A stretch of 64,000 nt of DNA from an uncultured Clostridia bacterium (GCA_944392455.1 CALXWP010000007.1:43559-107558), one strand, 5' to 3'; positions 10,435-21,164 are shown, numbered from the stretch's first letter. The notes: a model not told the origin generated them from the sequence alone. A program made the numbers and translations.

Positions 10435-10466
10435 AAAAAAGACCGTTCTTCTTGAGCGGTCTTTTT
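10435..10466 (+). terminator. Intrinsic terminator
   Basis: aaaaagaccg...cggtcttttt stem, then a T-run. Adjacent palindrome ttttctcgagaaaa. Confidence 0.55.
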
Positions 10467-10501
10467 CAATTGTTTTTAATAGCTAAATTCATTACTTCTT
10501 T

Positions 10502-11446
10502 TTATCTTTCTTGATCATCTTTATTTTGTTCTTGATCCTTTGTTTGTTCATCATAGTCTTTAAGCTCTATATTTCCTTTATCATCTATTGTGAAGTCTTT
10601 AACTGCAACATTTTCTGATATTTGTAAATATAGGCTTTCTAATTTTCTTATAGCATTTCTCTTAGTTATTTTATCAGCTTTTAAATCTTCTATTAAATCA
10701 TCATATTCTCCTGTTTGAATTATTAAATCAGATATTTCTTTAGGTATACTATTTTCTTTTCCAAATCCAAATATAAGTCCATTATTATTAGTATATATTT
10801 CTCTATCACTATAACTGTCTTCATTAATTCTAACTGATGTATGAAATGATCCATCACTATTATCAAAACTATACCATAATTTTACATCATCTCTTGATAC
10901 TCCTCTTAATTCAGCAACTTTGTCTTTAATTGCGTTAAAATTCAATGTTCTCACTTCTCTTATCATAGCAATTACATCATTATCAGTCATATCTAGAACT
11001 GAATTTTCATCAAAATTTGCAAAATATTCATCATATTTTTCCATTAATTCTAATGTATCTTGCTCTAATCCAATATCATCTAAGTCAATTCCTGTTTCTT
11101 CTAATTGACTTATTGTTTGTATTCCTTCATCTCTGTTATGTAAATTAGCAATATTTCCTATAACTGCTATACTTCCTAATCCTATACTTGCAGCTAAGAG
11201 TAATGCTCCAAGTTTTAATCTTGGTTTTTTTCTTTTTTTAGCCTTATCTCTTGCTCTATATGCACTTCCTACTGGTGCTTTATATACTGTTCCTGGAAAT
11301 TCTATTACATTATCATCCCTACTTGAAATTCGTCTTGTATTTCTCCCTGAACTTCTTGTTTGGTTTCTTCTTTCTTGTGATTTAGTACCTTTTTTTGCGC
11401 TTCTTCTTTGTTCTTCTCTAAATTTTCTAGCATCATCAGATCCCAT
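10502..11446 (-). CDS. Hypothetical membrane-anchored protein (basic N-terminus, one TM, acidic extracytoplasmic domain)
   Basis: 314 aa. No recognisable catalytic motifs. Confidence 0.45.
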   Translation of the reverse strand: MGSDDARKFREEQRRSAKKGTKSQERRNQTRSSGRNTRRISSRDDNVIEFPGTVYKAPVGSAYRARDKAKKRKKPRLKLGALLLAASIGLGSIAVIGNIANLHNRDEGIQTISQLEETGIDLDDIGLEQDTLELMEKYDEYFANFDENSVLDMTDNDVIAMIREVRTLNFNAIKDKVAELRGVSRDDVKLWYSFDNSDGSFHTSVRINEDSYSDREIYTNNNGLIFGFGKENSIPKEISDLIIQTGEYDDLIEDLKADKITKRNAIRKLESLYLQISENVAVKDFTIDDKGNIELKDYDEQTKDQEQNKDDQER

Positions 11447-11554
11447 ATTTAATCATCCCTTGCTTTTTTATATTTTGACTTAATTATATATTATTTCTTT
11501 TTTTTGTCAATATAAATTTATTTAACTATTGACATACATTCCACTAAAATAATT

Positions 11555-12253
11555 TCACAAGCTCCGTCCTCCTGTATCAGTTCTTGTCATACTAGATGGT
11601 CCCCATGACCAATTATCTCCTTTGCAATATACGAGCCATCCTACTATTTTTACAATATCTCCTTCTCTAACTTTTTTTAGTACTGTTTTTACTTGATTAT
11701 TCATTGGAATTATGTGATTGTTCGAAACATAATTTCCAGATTCTTCTTTAAATCTTTCGTAGTAATCACCTTGGAATGTTAAATTTGTGTATCTATCATT
11801 TATAACACTAACTACTCCTATATCACCAATATATCTTTCTTGAGCTGCTGGTCCCCATCCTAAAACTAAATCTTCTGGAGATATACTATTAGCGCCTCCA
11901 CCAAAATAATAAAATTCTCTTCCAAGAACCATTCCTGTTATATCATATTCTGCTAATTTTGTTATTTCTACACCTTTAAATTCTATTATTTCTTGTTCTA
12001 TTAGCTCTTTCTGTATTGGATTAGACTGAATAGTACTTTTAGATTTTTCCAATACTATTTTGTTTGCTTTTTTTACAGCAAATTGATCAAATATTATTTT
12101 AAATAATAATATCCATACTAATATTATTAATATAATTATTACTATTTTTTTAATTTTCTTTTTCTTTGATTTTTGTTGTTCTTCATAAATTCTTGTAGGT
12201 ATATTTTTCTTTTCTCCAGATTTTAAAACTTTTTCTTTTACTTCTTTTAACAT
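11555..12253 (-). CDS. Hypothetical membrane-anchored protein
   Basis: 232 aa. K-rich N-terminus, one TM, C-terminal domain with WGPAAQ / WSWGP motifs. Confidence 0.45.
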   Translation of the reverse strand: MLKEVKEKVLKSGEKKNIPTRIYEEQQKSKKKKIKKIVIIILIILVWILLFKIIFDQFAVKKANKIVLEKSKSTIQSNPIQKELIEQEIIEFKGVEITKLAEYDITGMVLGREFYYFGGGANSISPEDLVLGWGPAAQERYIGDIGVVSVINDRYTNLTFQGDYYERFKEESGNYVSNNHIIPMNNQVKTVLKKVREGDIVKIVGWLVYCKGDNWSWGPSSMTRTDTGGRSL

Positions 12254-12487
12254 TAAATCCCCTTTGTTAAAAAATATTTATTTTCAATTTTATTTTAGTT
12301 ATTTTATAATTAAAAGTCAACGATGTAAAACAAAGTTTCATAAGAAAACTCATAGCTTTATTTTTATAATATGGATAAATAACATTATTTTCTCTTTGTT
12401 CTTTATAATTTAATTTTTAGAGCATAATGACAAATACAATATAAACTTTTTATATAATAGAAATTTAAAAATTTTATATTACATAAA

Positions 12488-12522
12488 AAATAGAGCTTTT
12501 CCCGAGAAAAGCTCTATTTTGG
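12488..12522. terminator. Strong hairpin terminator (bidirectional)
   Basis: 12-bp stem atagagcttttc / gaaaagctctat, loop ccga. A-run 5' and T-run 3'. Confidence 0.55.
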
Positions 12523-12534
12523 TCCCCGAAACAT

Positions 12535-12954
12535 TCAAGCACCTTTTCTTTGGTTGTTGGATTTAATTCTTGCACGCTTTCTTCGCTTCAGCTTTCTTTC
12601 TAATTCCCAGTAAACATTAAATATGACATATATCCATACTAATGCAAGTCCTGGAAACATAGCTATTGCTAAGAAAAGGTACAAGATTTTTGCAAAAGTT
12701 CCTGAATTGCTGTAACCCCTGATAATGGGATCTTCAGAATTATAGAACTTCTGCCGTTCCTCGTGGTTTCTATTGTATGCGTCTGTCATTTCGTCTGTTT
12801 TCCTGGACTGTTCATTATAATAACTTGCGTTATCACGCAGAACGATTAGGCTAGCACCTGTTCGAATGACTGTACTGCAGATTTGAAACGTACTAATGGT
12901 CCCAACAACCAAAATAAGGATAGTTAATAACATCGCTAAAGTCCGTACTCTCAT
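12535..12954 (-). CDS. Hypothetical small membrane protein (compositionally atypical, higher GC)
   Basis: 139 aa. N-terminal TM, ~70-aa polar segment, second TM, basic tail RRKRARIKSNNQRKGA. Has its own promoter in the 76-bp gap after the cgs stop codon. Confidence 0.55.
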   Translation of the reverse strand: MRVRTLAMLLTILILVVGTISTFQICSTVIRTGASLIVLRDNASYYNEQSRKTDEMTDAYNRNHEERQKFYNSEDPIIRGYSNSGTFAKILYLFLAIAMFPGLALVWIYVIFNVYWELERKLKRRKRARIKSNNQRKGA

Positions 12955-13005
12955 TGCATATACCCTCTCTTATTAATTATTTAGACTTCCTAAAGTCTAT
13001 ACTTT

Positions 13006-13034
13006 ATTATATCACTTTTTTACAGTATTTTCAA
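13006..13034 (-). promoter_or_regulatory. Sigma-A promoter (TTGAAA, 17-nt spacer, extended -10 TGATATAAT) for the 12535..12954 gene
   Basis: Read on the minus strand. An inverted repeat tagactt-tagg-aagtcta lies between the promoter and the RBS agagaggg. Confidence 0.45.
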
Positions 13035-16000
13035 ATTTCAGCTAATATAGAGTGTATTTCACCATTAGTATTTAGTATAATTTGTTTTTCTTCTACCTTT
13101 TTTCCATCTAAATATAGATTACTTATTCCTATGTTTTTTCTGCTTTTATTAATAACTTTTATATTATACACACTATTTCCATGCTTATATCTAATTTTAT
13201 ACTCATTCCAATTAGATGGAATACATGGTTCTATTTTTAAAATATTTCCTTCTATTTTTAGTCCTAATATATATCTAACACCAGCCTCATACATCCAACT
13301 ACTAGAACCAGTATACCAAGTCCATCCTCCACGACCTGCTAAGCTTCCACCATACACATCTGCTGCTACTACATATGGTTCTACTTTATACTTTTTAGCT
13401 TCTTCCTTTGTTCTAGAATGTTCTATTGGATTTATCATTCTAAAATATTCTACAGCTTTATCACCAAATCCTAGCATTGATTCGGCAATTATTGCCCAAA
13501 TACTACTATGAGTATATTGTCCGCCATTTTCTCTGGTTCCTGGTATATATGCTTTAATATATCCTGGTTCTAATTTGCTTTTTTCAAATGGAGGATCTAA
13601 TAATTTAATGATTCCAGCTTCTTTATCTATTAAATGATTTTCTAAGCTAGTTATAGATATATATTTTTTGTCATTATCTCCCGCGCCTGATATAGTCGCC
13701 CAGCTTTGAGCAATACTATCGATCTTGCATTCCTCATTTTTTATACTTCCTAATTCATTACCATCATCCATAAAAGCTCTCTTATACCATCTTCCATCCC
13801 AAGCTATTCCATTTAAATTCTTTTTTAATTCTCCCTTTATGTTTTTATATTTTCCAACTAATGTTTCATCATTCATCATATTACATATTGGTATAAATCT
13901 ATCTAATACTCTGTATAAGAAAAAACCTAACCATACACTTTCACCAATGCCTTTATTTCCTACTGTACTAAAACCATCATTCCAATCACCAGAACCGATT
14001 TTAGGTAATCCATTTTTTCCAAAGTTCAATGATTTTTCTATTGCTCTTATACAATGTTTATATATACTTTCTTTAATATCTCCTTCTTTATATAGGTCAT
14101 ATCTTTCATCTACACCTTCTAATAAATTTTCTCCTTTTACATATTTTGTCTCTTCATTTAGTATACTATAATCTTTAGTAAATTCTACATACTCTGCAAC
14201 CATATATGGAAGCCATAGTAAGTCGTCTGAAAATCTAGTTCTAATTCCTCTAGAAGTTTCATCATGCCACCAATGTTCCACGTCTCCTTCTATAAATTGA
14301 TGTTTACTATGTTTAATTATCTGCGTTTTTAATATTTCAGGAGAAATATATTTTAGACTTATACAGTCTTGTAGTTGATCTCTAAATCCAAAAGCACCAC
14401 CAGATTGATAATATCCGCTTCTTGCAAGCATCCTTGAACAATAAGTTTGATATAAAAGCCAACCGTTAAGCAATATATTCATAGATTCTACAGGTGTTTC
14501 TACTTTTATATTTCCTAGCATTTCTTTCCAATATCTTTTTACATTTTCATATTCATTTATTGCATTATTAGTATTTGCATATTTATATGCTGTATCTTGC
14601 AGACTTAATATATTTTCTTCTGCTCCAAATACAATAGAAATATCTTTTTCTTCAAAAGCTTCTAACTCAACCTCTGCTTCTATTACTAATACACTATCTT
14701 TATTAAGGGTATTTTCTCTATCTAATTCTACTCTTTTTATTCCTTCAGGATTTTTTATTGTTCCATTTCCAATAAAAGATTTTTTATTTCCTGTAAAAGA
14801 ATTAATTTTTTCACTACATGTTACATACATTATAGTTCTATTATCTTTTTCCTTTAATTTATTTTCTAATGTTATTAGATTCATATTTTCATTATATTTT
14901 AAATTTAAATATCCTTGAGATTTTATTTCATCTTCATCTAATACTGGTTTTAGATAATATATAATTCTTATTTTTTTCTTTTTAGCTAGTTTATTATTTA
15001 AATGAATTATTTGTATCTTTGCAGATTCTTCTTTTGGTATAAATACAGTTACTTCTTGATCTATTCCATTAGAAACATGTCGATATTTACTATATCCAAA
15101 TCCATATGTTATATAATAGTCATTATCATCAGGAGTAGGATTTATTCCCAGCGACCAAAATTTTCCATTTTCTAAATCTTCTAAATAAATTATTTCAGAA
15201 GGAACATCTGTAACTTGATTATTATTCCATGCTGTTAACCTATTTAATCTCGAATTTTTATACCATGAATATCCTCCCATACATTCTGTAACAACTGTTC
15301 CTATTTTTGTGTTTGCCATTATATTTGACCATACTGTTGGAAGTTTATCATTTTTATTTATCTTTATACAATATTCACTACCATCGCTTATAAATCCACC
15401 ATAATTATTAAAATATTTTAAATTATTTGTATCAAATGAATTATTTCTATTATCCTCTTCTAATATTGGCATATTTTCTTTTTTTACTTCTATTTCTTTT
15501 ATACTATCCAAATATTCTTCTTCCAAATCTCTTATTTGAGTATCTATACTTCCTAAATGTGCATTTATTAGTACATTTGCTCTATATTCTAAAATTCTTT
15601 TTTGTTCTTTTGAAATATTACTTATTACAAATATTCCGCCTTTTATATTTTGCATATATAATAAATTAAAATCTAGTATTGCATTTTGTATTTCTTCATT
15701 TAAATAATTATCGTATGTTTTCTTTTCCTCATTTAATATCACTAAATCAATTTTTATATTTTTTATTTTAAAATATTCATATGCTTTTAATGCGTCCTTT
15801 ACTACATTAATATCTATTAGATCTTTTATCTTTACAAGAAGTATTGGTAAATCCCCTGATATTCCATATTTCCATAGCTCTGTGGAAGGTGCTGATTCAG
15901 GTATTTTACCTTTATACATTAAAGATTTTAAAGGATTCCCATAAATTAAATATCCTAATATTTTTTGGTATTTTTCTATATCTTTTGCCTTTAATCCTAA

Positions 16001-18283
16001 ATACATAGTTTCAGCTTCTACTTTTGCTTTTGATAGATTCATTCCTCTTTCTATAATCTCATTATTCATATTTTCTTGTAAATTTTTAATTGCTTCTTCT
16101 CTGCTTTCTGATACAGACATAATTAAATTAATAGCTTTTTTTTCTCCTTGTAAGATATTTATAGTCTTTCTCATTGCTATAATTGGATCAGGAGTAATTA
16201 TTGTTTTTCTTCCAAAAGCAACCGAGTCTCTAATAGCTATTGGTAGTTCTACATTTTGTCTCCCTAAAACTTTTTCTTTATCTAACTCAAATTCTAGATC
16301 TCCTATAACATCATCTTCTGTATATAAATTTACTGCCATATAAATATCTTTTGCATTATTATCTCTTGCTTTTCTTTTTACTAATATTGTATTAGTATCT
16401 TCAATAAATTCAAATGTCAAAAATAAATTATTAAATGCCTTATGAGAATAATCCGCTTCTAAACTAGATAGTATTGGCTCTATATAACTCGTTACTTCTA
16501 ATGTTTCTTCTGAATTTCCAGAATTACTAATTTCTATTCTTCTAACTTCTACAGGTACATTTGGCATAACAAAAACTTTACTTATTGTTTCTAAGGAACC
16601 ATCTTGTCTTATATATTTATTCATATCTGGTGCAAATTGTACAGTATATTTATCTGCAGCAGATAAATAATTCATTTGACCTGTTGTCCAAATTCTTTTT
16701 GTTTTTATATTTTTTATAAAGAAATGTATTCCTTCTTCTAAGTCATCTGTTGGTTTAAATCTATTTATTACTGTATCTTTATACTTACTATATCCATTTC
16801 CCTTTTGATCCATTATTACTAAATAATTCTCATTAGAAATTGCATTTATCGTTCTTATTTTTTCATATAGCTTATGAATCTCTCTTATTCTATATGTCTC
16901 ATAATCAATATTTTTTATTCTTTCTACTTTTTCCTTTTCAGTTTTAGTTATAATAACATTCTCTGGCATTTTTTCTTCTAGTAGTATATTTACTGATTTC
17001 ATTTCTGGATTTTCCATAAATCTATATTGCATTATATTATTATTAAATAAATTATTAATCGATATCAAAATCAAACCTTGATGATGTGCCATATATGTTT
17101 TGACAACTGCAGATTTTTGTCCTTTATTTAACCTAGTCAAAGTATAATCTATTGATTCATAAAATCCATATTTATTGTATGCTCCTTCCTTTTCAAGTAT
17201 TTTTAGATTTTCTATTGTTTCTTTTGGATAATCATTTATAGCTAGAACAGATGCATATGGTGCAATTACAAATTCATCTGCTAATCCTCTTTTTAATCCA
17301 AGCCACGGAATACCAAATGCTTTATATTGATAGTTATTATTTAAATCTTTTAAATTAAATGCTGATTCAGATATTCCCCATGGCAATTTCAATTTTTTAG
17401 CATATTCTTGCTGTGACATAATTGCAAACAGGCTTGATTCACTTATTATGCTTCCAGGATACTTGGGAATATTTATATTTGGCATTAAATATTCAAAAGC
17501 AGTTCCAGACCAAGAAATTAATCCTTTATATTTATTTACAATTGTTAAAGTCCTACTTAAGTTGTACCAATGTTTAGCTGGTATATCCTTTTTTGCAATA
17601 GCTATTAAACTTGCTTGTCTTGCTTCAGAAGCAAGTAAATCATAATATGAAGGTGTTAAACTGTTTTCTTCTATATTAAAACCTATAGAAAATATTCTAT
17701 TTTTATTACTATATAGATAACTAAAATCTGTTTCTTCTATAACTTTATCAATTATATCTAATATTTTATTTATTTTTGCTAAATTCTCTTGATCATTAAT
17801 TATATTTTCTTCTTTATCATTTCCTTGCTTTTCTATATTTAGCAAAAATTGTTTAGCAGTATATAAATATCCTATAAAATTTCCACTATCAACTGTCGAA
17901 ACGTACTTAGGAGTTAGTGGATTTAAAGCTTCTATATTATACCAATTATATAAATGTCCATTCCATTTTTGGAGTTTTAAAATTGTTTCAAACATCTTGT
18001 CTAACAAATTTATTGTATCTATTAAATTTTCATATCCTAAATCATAACTTGATATGACTGCAAGGATCCCAAGTCCTATATTAGTTGGTGATGTTCTATA
18101 TACTAGCTTTTCTTTTCTATCTTCCTGATAATTATCAGGTGGCAGATAATTTGATCTTTCTGATATATTTTCTTTAAAAAAGTTCCAAGTTCTTTTACCT
18201 ACTTCTAATATATATTCCTTATCTTTTTTAGACAAAATTTCAATCTTCTTTTTATTTATTTGTTTTTTACTAATATATTGCAT
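13031..18283 (-). CDS. cgs: Cyclic beta-1,2-glucan synthase, C-terminal part (GH94 / cellobiose-phosphorylase-like module)
   Basis: 1750 aa. Size and domain layout match the C-terminal two-thirds of NdvB/ChvB/Cgs-type proteins. Overlaps the upstream ORF by 14 nt in a different frame. Confidence 0.65.
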   Translation of the reverse strand: MQYISKKQINKKKIEILSKKDKEYILEVGKRTWNFFKENISERSNYLPPDNYQEDRKEKLVYRTSPTNIGLGILAVISSYDLGYENLIDTINLLDKMFETILKLQKWNGHLYNWYNIEALNPLTPKYVSTVDSGNFIGYLYTAKQFLLNIEKQGNDKEENIINDQENLAKINKILDIIDKVIEETDFSYLYSNKNRIFSIGFNIEENSLTPSYYDLLASEARQASLIAIAKKDIPAKHWYNLSRTLTIVNKYKGLISWSGTAFEYLMPNINIPKYPGSIISESSLFAIMSQQEYAKKLKLPWGISESAFNLKDLNNNYQYKAFGIPWLGLKRGLADEFVIAPYASVLAINDYPKETIENLKILEKEGAYNKYGFYESIDYTLTRLNKGQKSAVVKTYMAHHQGLILISINNLFNNNIMQYRFMENPEMKSVNILLEEKMPENVIITKTEKEKVERIKNIDYETYRIREIHKLYEKIRTINAISNENYLVIMDQKGNGYSKYKDTVINRFKPTDDLEEGIHFFIKNIKTKRIWTTGQMNYLSAADKYTVQFAPDMNKYIRQDGSLETISKVFVMPNVPVEVRRIEISNSGNSEETLEVTSYIEPILSSLEADYSHKAFNNLFLTFEFIEDTNTILVKRKARDNNAKDIYMAVNLYTEDDVIGDLEFELDKEKVLGRQNVELPIAIRDSVAFGRKTIITPDPIIAMRKTINILQGEKKAINLIMSVSESREEAIKNLQENMNNEIIERGMNLSKAKVEAETMYLGLKAKDIEKYQKILGYLIYGNPLKSLMYKGKIPESAPSTELWKYGISGDLPILLVKIKDLIDINVVKDALKAYEYFKIKNIKIDLVILNEEKKTYDNYLNEEIQNAILDFNLLYMQNIKGGIFVISNISKEQKRILEYRANVLINAHLGSIDTQIRDLEEEYLDSIKEIEVKKENMPILEEDNRNNSFDTNNLKYFNNYGGFISDGSEYCIKINKNDKLPTVWSNIMANTKIGTVVTECMGGYSWYKNSRLNRLTAWNNNQVTDVPSEIIYLEDLENGKFWSLGINPTPDDNDYYITYGFGYSKYRHVSNGIDQEVTVFIPKEESAKIQIIHLNNKLAKKKKIRIIYYLKPVLDEDEIKSQGYLNLKYNENMNLITLENKLKEKDNRTIMYVTCSEKINSFTGNKKSFIGNGTIKNPEGIKRVELDRENTLNKDSVLVIEAEVELEAFEEKDISIVFGAEENILSLQDTAYKYANTNNAINEYENVKRYWKEMLGNIKVETPVESMNILLNGWLLYQTYCSRMLARSGYYQSGGAFGFRDQLQDCISLKYISPEILKTQIIKHSKHQFIEGDVEHWWHDETSRGIRTRFSDDLLWLPYMVAEYVEFTKDYSILNEETKYVKGENLLEGVDERYDLYKEGDIKESIYKHCIRAIEKSLNFGKNGLPKIGSGDWNDGFSTVGNKGIGESVWLGFFLYRVLDRFIPICNMMNDETLVGKYKNIKGELKKNLNGIAWDGRWYKRAFMDDGNELGSIKNEECKIDSIAQSWATISGAGDNDKKYISITSLENHLIDKEAGIIKLLDPPFEKSKLEPGYIKAYIPGTRENGGQYTHSSIWAIIAESMLGFGDKAVEYFRMINPIEHSRTKEEAKKYKVEPYVVAADVYGGSLAGRGGWTWYTGSSSWMYEAGVRYILGLKIEGNILKIEPCIPSNWNEYKIRYKHGNSVYNIKVINKSRKNIGISNLYLDGKKVEEKQIILNTNGEIHSILAEI

Positions 18284-21164
18284 TAATCCGAGGTGTTATA
18301 ATCCAAATTATTCCTAATATTCCATATAATATATTTATCTTAGTAAAAGTTAAAAAAATTATTCCAATAATTACATTGAACATCATATCTTTATAATAGG
18401 ATATAACATCTGTTTTTGATGTTTTTTCCGCTTCTTCAGATGTAGTCCATTCTAATAAATGTTTTTTTGTTACATTCATTCTATATATTATTTTTATTAT
18501 CGTCTTTAACATTGAATAAGCTTTATCAGGCAAAAGCCCTATACTTAAAAATGCTCTTATGATACTTCCTTTAACTCCTGAAATTGTTTTATAAAACGTT
18601 TTCTGTATTTTTTCTCCGTCTTTTTTATATATTATTCTATTTAATATTTCCATTATAGATGGTATTGTAATTGATATAAATAGGATTAATATATATGGCC
18701 AAATTTTAATTTTATCAATCATTTTAATGATAGTAAAATATATTATTCCTAGTATAACACTTATTTCTAAAATACTTTTTATTATATTATTTAATATTTT
18801 ATATTTTGAAATAATATTTAATGGATTTTCTTTTTCTACATTATCCTTATTCTTTATTTGTTTTTTAAGCCATCTTATGATCTGAAAATCTCCTCTTGTC
18901 CATCTTAATAATCTTGTTTTATAGCTTAAATATGATTTAGGATATCCATCCATAAGTAGAATATCTGAAGCAAATCCACATTTTAAATATGAACCTTCTA
19001 ATAAGTCATGGCTGAGTACTGTGTTTTCTGGTATTTCCCCTTTTAAAACATTTGAAAATACTTCTACATCATATATTCCTTTTCCTGTATATATTCCTTC
19101 TTTAAAATTGTCTTGATAAAGATCAGATATAGCATTTGTATAAGAATCTGTTCCTGGAGAAACCGAATATATCTTTGTAAATTTGCTTATAGATGCTTCT
19201 TTTAATCCTATTCCTACTCTTGGCTGAATTATTCCATATCCTTCTTTTACAACTCCATTTACTATTTCTGGTGTGTTTAAAATATGTGCCATACTACCAA
19301 TTAATTCTAATCCACTATTTAATACTAATTCTGTATCACTATCTAATGTTATTACATATTTTATCTTTGGTAATTTCTCTATATCTATAGTATTTACTCT
19401 AAATTCATTATTGCTATGCTTTAATATATATTCATTAAATTGATTTAATAATCCTCTCTTTCTTTCCCATCCAAGATAACATTCTTCCTTATCATTCCAT
19501 TCTCTTTTTCTATATATAAAATGAAATTTAGGAAAAATTTTATCAGGATATTTTTTATTAAGCTCTTTAGCAATTTCTATTCCTTTTTTAGATATTTCCT
19601 CATCATATTTTTCCTGTTTTTTGTCACTTGATGTTGCATCTGCAAGAAGTGCAAAATATATATTATCACTTTTATTAGCAATATAATATGTTTCTAATTT
19701 TTTAAACATTTCTTCTAGCTTTTCTGTTTTATTTATTATTGTTGGTATTACTACAAATGTAGAATATTCTGCAGGAATCCCATTTTGAAAATCTAATTTA
19801 GGAATTATTTTTGGTTTAATTATTTTACTTAATATATATTGAAAAATTTGTACTATAATATTTTCTATAGGTAAATATATTATTAATGATGAGAGAACAA
19901 ATAATATATAACTATTTGTTTGTCTAAATATATATAATCCCAGTAAAATTGAGATAAATAAAGATATTATAATTTTAAAACCAATAAATAACTGCATCTT
20001 TTTAATTTTTGATACAGACTTTGATTTTTTATTTAATAAATCTTCTAATAGTTTGTTTTTACCATTATCTATTAAGTAATATCCTATATGTGATTCTTTT
20101 CCTTTTTTTCCTGTTGCTAATTCTAAACATTTTTTAGCTATATATATTTCAGATATTTTTGTTTTTTTAGATATTTCCTCTATTGTATTCCTATAATAGA
20201 TTTTTGTTTTGTAATCCATATTATCATATACATTTGCCGGATCTTCTTTTAAAATATCATCTACTTGGTTTATACTTTCAAATATTTCAATAAAATTGAT
20301 TCTTTGAATATTTTTGATACTAGTTATTGAATTTCCGATGGATACTTTTTTTACTGCTATATCGAAGTGTTCTTTTTTTATTACATCTGAAATATCAACA
20401 CCCATTTTATTTACTTGTTCTTCTAATATATTAAGAAATGGATAACCTATTTTTCCAAATTGTCTTAATTTATATGACATATATTCAATAAACGGATATT
20501 TCATCTCTCCATATTCTTTTACTTTAGATTTATATTCACCTATTTTTCCAAATTTTAATTTATCTTTTTCCTTATTTTCTACAAGTCTTTCTATTATATT
20601 TTCAACTTTATATTTTTGTAATTGAACTGAATATATTTTTTCGCATATCATACGTATATTTTCTATCAAAGCTATTTGTAAAAATACTCCTATATTCCAT
20701 ATCTCTTCCATACTTAGTTTTTTCTTCTCTTGATAGCTTTTAAGTAGTTTAGCTAAACTATCTCCCGTTATTTTTCCATCTGTATATGATACAATTTCGG
20801 CTGCTAATACATAAATTCTAGCAAATCCATAATTTATACTATTAGCAATTCCTAGAAAGTTTGTATATTTTTTTAATGTCATTTCCTTTTCTATACTTTT
20901 TACTGTCTCTTCTATTACATAATAATTATCTAGTAACCACTCTCCAGCAGGATGTATTGGAATTTTTAATTTAATATGTTCATTTAATAATTTATATACA
21001 TCAGTTATAAGTTCAAAATTTCCAATCATTCTTGGTATTGGATATGTGTTTTTCTCTGACTTTTCTTTTAAAACATGGTCTGATGCTAATTTTTCTAAAT
21101 ATTCCTGTAACCCTTTATTATCTATTACAGCACCTTTTGTATTTAATATTTTATATGCTTTCAA
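18270..21164 (-). CDS. cgs: Cyclic beta-1,2-glucan synthase, N-terminal part (polytopic membrane glycosyltransferase module)
   Basis: 964 aa. Multiple TM helices, DxD-type motif ITLDSDTEL, processive-GT motif LLRWTRGDFQI (QxxRW-like). Confidence 0.65.
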   Translation of the reverse strand: MKAYKILNTKGAVIDNKGLQEYLEKLASDHVLKEKSEKNTYPIPRMIGNFELITDVYKLLNEHIKLKIPIHPAGEWLLDNYYVIEETVKSIEKEMTLKKYTNFLGIANSINYGFARIYVLAAEIVSYTDGKITGDSLAKLLKSYQEKKKLSMEEIWNIGVFLQIALIENIRMICEKIYSVQLQKYKVENIIERLVENKEKDKLKFGKIGEYKSKVKEYGEMKYPFIEYMSYKLRQFGKIGYPFLNILEEQVNKMGVDISDVIKKEHFDIAVKKVSIGNSITSIKNIQRINFIEIFESINQVDDILKEDPANVYDNMDYKTKIYYRNTIEEISKKTKISEIYIAKKCLELATGKKGKESHIGYYLIDNGKNKLLEDLLNKKSKSVSKIKKMQLFIGFKIIISLFISILLGLYIFRQTNSYILFVLSSLIIYLPIENIIVQIFQYILSKIIKPKIIPKLDFQNGIPAEYSTFVVIPTIINKTEKLEEMFKKLETYYIANKSDNIYFALLADATSSDKKQEKYDEEISKKGIEIAKELNKKYPDKIFPKFHFIYRKREWNDKEECYLGWERKRGLLNQFNEYILKHSNNEFRVNTIDIEKLPKIKYVITLDSDTELVLNSGLELIGSMAHILNTPEIVNGVVKEGYGIIQPRVGIGLKEASISKFTKIYSVSPGTDSYTNAISDLYQDNFKEGIYTGKGIYDVEVFSNVLKGEIPENTVLSHDLLEGSYLKCGFASDILLMDGYPKSYLSYKTRLLRWTRGDFQIIRWLKKQIKNKDNVEKENPLNIISKYKILNNIIKSILEISVILGIIYFTIIKMIDKIKIWPYILILFISITIPSIMEILNRIIYKKDGEKIQKTFYKTISGVKGSIIRAFLSIGLLPDKAYSMLKTIIKIIYRMNVTKKHLLEWTTSEEAEKTSKTDVISYYKDMMFNVIIGIIFLTFTKINILYGILGIIWIITPRINAIY

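Noticed and set aside
12954-14171. Plus-strand ORFs 12954-13511 and 13725-14171
   Set aside because: They lie within or antisense to the 1750-aa cgs ORF and its 3' flank. Their low-complexity F/L/S-rich composition is typical of AT-rich antisense frames.
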